Of a stretch of DNA of 64,000 bases, positions 61,151 to 64,000 are shown piece after piece (within the stretch, counting starts at the first letter, position 1; every line of letters starts with the position of its first letter). The stretch covers positions 186,001 through 250,000 of the forward strand of contig JAQGDQ010000137.1 in the NCBI GenBank assembly GCA_030141605.1, given 5' to 3'. Both the position numbers and the translations under genes were made by a program. Origin of the DNA: Tubiluchus corallicola. Taxonomy: Eukaryota; Animalia; Priapulida. A model generated the notes under the pieces. That model was not told where the DNA came from. It was given only the letters and a program-made list of their open reading frames with translations, and searched no databases.

Positions 61151-61685
61151 CTGAAATTATAAACATACAATTTAAATACCTCTATTAAATATCACTCTGG
61201 CACTTATTCACTAATTGCTGTATTAGTTCACACTAGTTGTAACAGGTAGAATCAGTTTCATTACTAACTTTCATATACCGAATGTTATATTAATAAAACA
61301 CATCAAAAATAATAGTACAATTTACTAATTCATCGCAGTTAACGATAATTAGTGATACGGAAGTCGTGCGTGAAACATTGCACTGAAAAAACTTTACAAC
61401 GCTGTGCACTGAAAAAAAGGAAAAGACAAAGATTAAGCTAGATACACTAAAATAATCTGATTAGTTGTACATTTGTATTTTCAATTTGCTTAACCTTAAC
61501 CTAACAAAAACAGCTGAAAACTACATTTAAATTGATTGATGAGAGCCGGGCACCAAAAATTTAGAAGTATCTGAGTATTAAGGTAGGACTCCAAGCGCGC
61601 AGAAATATGTAATGCAAACTGTTATATACATATAATGCAATACGTATTACATGCATAAACATTAGATTTACAAGACTAAGGATAC

Positions 61686-61830
61686 CTTGACATGCGTTTA
61701 AATGCTTCTTCAGCCACTGCAAAGATATGCGGATCGAGTTCACCCTGATCTCTGCCGCTGTAAGCCATGATTGTATCTGTGTCATATATTGGAAGATACT
61801 CATATGGGTTGATAGCCACCAATACAATTC
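61686..61830 (-). CDS. MYO5: Myosin V exon v1 (first visible)
   Basis: [17 protein letters not shown]...[17 protein letters not shown]; the upstream exons were not found in 61831-64000. Confidence 0.97.
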
Positions 61831-64000
61831 CTGCAAGAAAAAAGGAAATAGCATTAGCCGGTAACATTGGTACAAAAGTTGTTCCGGAAGAAATGGTGGT
61901 GATAACCATGTATGTAGTACATATGGCTATATGCAATGGTGCGTGTCATTATGATGTCACAATGAAGACGTTAATGGCAACATTTCTTTGTGATTCGATC
62001 AACACATTTCAGCATAATTCTACTGTTCCGATTTTTTGGAACACCCTGTACAATGTGATAAAACGATTGCAACAGATCTTTCCTGTAAAACTCCATAAGA
62101 AGTGGGCAAACAGATACGAAAAAATGATATTCAGCATACACGAGGAAGCTACTACAGTCTACCATATCCCATGTGCTCCGAAGTCATCGTAGTCACTAAA
62201 ATTCCTCCACTTAAAGCCTTTTGGGGCAGTTAACAAAAGTGTAATGCAATATGTTTCTAGAGACCAAAGTGGTTAAAAACCGTGTGCACAGAGAAGTAAA
62301 GTCAAAAAGTAAACTCCAAACAAAAACAATTGTCTTACTAACAAATGGTTAAAACACCAAGCTTCTAAGAAATATCAATTAGTGGTAATTGCTAATAATT
62401 GAAATATACATCTATTACGGCTAAAGTAGTGAGTATTGATAAAATCTTGCTATCCTTCATTTTAATGTGTTGCTAAGGAAGCGTTCATCTTCCTTAAAAT
62501 CGTGCCTTGAAATGTGTGATTATAACTATCTGAGATGCTTCAGGCTGTCTGAAGTGTATTGTACCTCTAAACTTTGCAGCACATGGAGGGGCAAATCAGG
62601 CCTATATGTACCATTCTTGCATGTCAGAGCTCTCTCAGATGTACTTAATTGTGCTAAGCCTTATCTATGCACATATTTTTTCAAGTTATTAATTTATTAA
62701 TTAGTTTTATCTAATAACTCTCACTTATCTTTTATCATTTACTGTGTGCAATAACTGTACGGATGCTTTCATGCTTAAAATAAATAAAAACTGAGACTGA
62801 AAAATTGAAATATACAAGTAACACATCCATTATACTGTAGAAGTGCTTACCTAGTTAAATTAATCAAATAATCACTTATCAAATAGCATTCCACAATACT
62901 GACTGCAGTCAAGTATCAAAACTTATTTAGAACACAAATAAAATTGAACAAAAAGTGCATTTTTCTTTTACATCCTGCTTCCAATTTTCGTTTATTTAAA
63001 AAAATAGATTTAACAAAGCCATTAACTGCAGTTGGTACAAAGTTCTAAACGAGCACGCCTAACCTGCTGTTTGGAAGTGGATCATTAACTGCCACATAAA
63101 AATAATGCATCATAAGAAAACCACGCACTTAAGAATTTCAAAGGACAGAAAGTCACAATTTTCAAATTCAAACTCAAACAGGTGTTTATTTGCATGTTCA
63201 TGATGTAAATGAAACAAATAAATGTATTTGATTATCATGGTGAAAAGTTTCAAGTTTAAAGTTTATTTATTACACATCGGACTTAAACGTACATGGGACT
63301 CTGTGTAAAAAATGCACATGAACGTGGCAAACTAATAATACTTACTAATCATAAGCTAGACTGAGGAGCTCTTAGCATGGCGATTCTGCCAAGGCCACCT
63401 CAGAAAGAAAAGAAAAAACAAATGACAATGGACGTAGAAGAAAGAGGACGGCAAAAGACCCTAACGGTGAACCTATCAATCGATGAAAGTGTTAATGGTA
63501 CTATAACAACCTGACTCACGAATAGAATATATTATTACTATTCACTTAATGCTGACTTGGCTGATGATTGGTTGAAATAACAGCCGAGTGGTATTAAAAT
63601 AGATGTTAAGAAAAATAGGATTAGCAATGCATCTAGATATGACAAAATACCAAACTAATACAAATTTTGTAATTATTAAAAGTATGGCACAATTAATTGG
63701 AAAATGTTGGAATGTTCAAGATATTGAAGCTGTATAACATTTAATTCCTTATTAAGTTTGAGTGTATATTCAGCAATATGTGATATTTGTTGCAGACCAA
63801 CAATCCGACATGCTAGGCAACTAAAACAAAAGCAGGCATAGTTTCCATGTTTGCCAAACAATTCAGACTACAAACAATCCATTAAAGTAACGGTATCATG
63901 TTGAATTGTGTTTACAAAGCCATTTTTAAGAAGGAAACTGAACACTTATCTGTTAACTTCAGAAAACTGGGGCATGGAGAAAGAAAATTGACCTTAACAG

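Larger units (their letters stand above)
11190..61830 (-). other. MYO5: Unconventional myosin class V gene span (5'-truncated; 35 constitutive coding exons visible, numbered v1-v35)
   Basis: Motor motifs [24 protein letters not shown] and [16 protein letters not shown]; six IQ motifs; coiled coil; globular tail with DIL domain (WLANT, GMQIRYN, QAAQLLQ). All junctions are GT-AG and phase compatible. Summed length 5243 nt keeps frame to the TAA. Confidence 0.97.

Noticed and set aside
63559-63586. CTGATGA...GAAA hammerhead-like string
   Set aside because: No stem II can form between the core boxes (TTGGTT).
61831-64000. Missing N-terminal myosin V exons; ORF 61767-62192
   Set aside because: No SH3-like or LRNP/HEPAVL peptide was found. 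The plus-strand ORF is antisense to exon v1 plus intron and has no recognisable domain.

Overview
This is AT-rich animal (invertebrate metazoan) genomic DNA with GT-AG spliced genes. It is not prokaryotic, and most ORF-track entries are noise or single exons. Four protein-coding genes are supported. (1) The first coding exon of a LysM-domain gene (LYSMD1/2-like, minus strand, continuing off the left edge). (2) A complete three-coding-exon TFIIA gamma subunit gene (GTF2A2, plus strand, 106 aa). (3) A class V unconventional myosin on the minus strand, for which I traced 35 phase-compatible coding exons from 61830 to the stop at 11190. These total 5243 nt and cover the motor, six IQ motifs, coiled coil and globular/DIL tail; about 100 N-terminal residues lie beyond the right edge. 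(4) An intronless class A GPCR nested antisense in a myosin intron. Non-coding DNA holds CR1/L2-type and RTE LINE relics, several MITEs (Tc1/mariner-pogo, hAT, TTAA-flanked, foldback) and a 2.1-kb 41-bp minisatellite with higher-order structure. The most notable observations are a cryptic in-frame 42-nt myosin cassette exon followed by three GCAUG motifs, a candidate 12-nt microexon in the 16-kb intron, minimal Penelope-type hammerhead ribozyme motifs on the myosin sense strand, the atypical nested GPCR, and LYSMD-GTF2A2-MYO5 linkage. All coordinates were read by eye, and family assignments come from recalled motifs rather than database searches.
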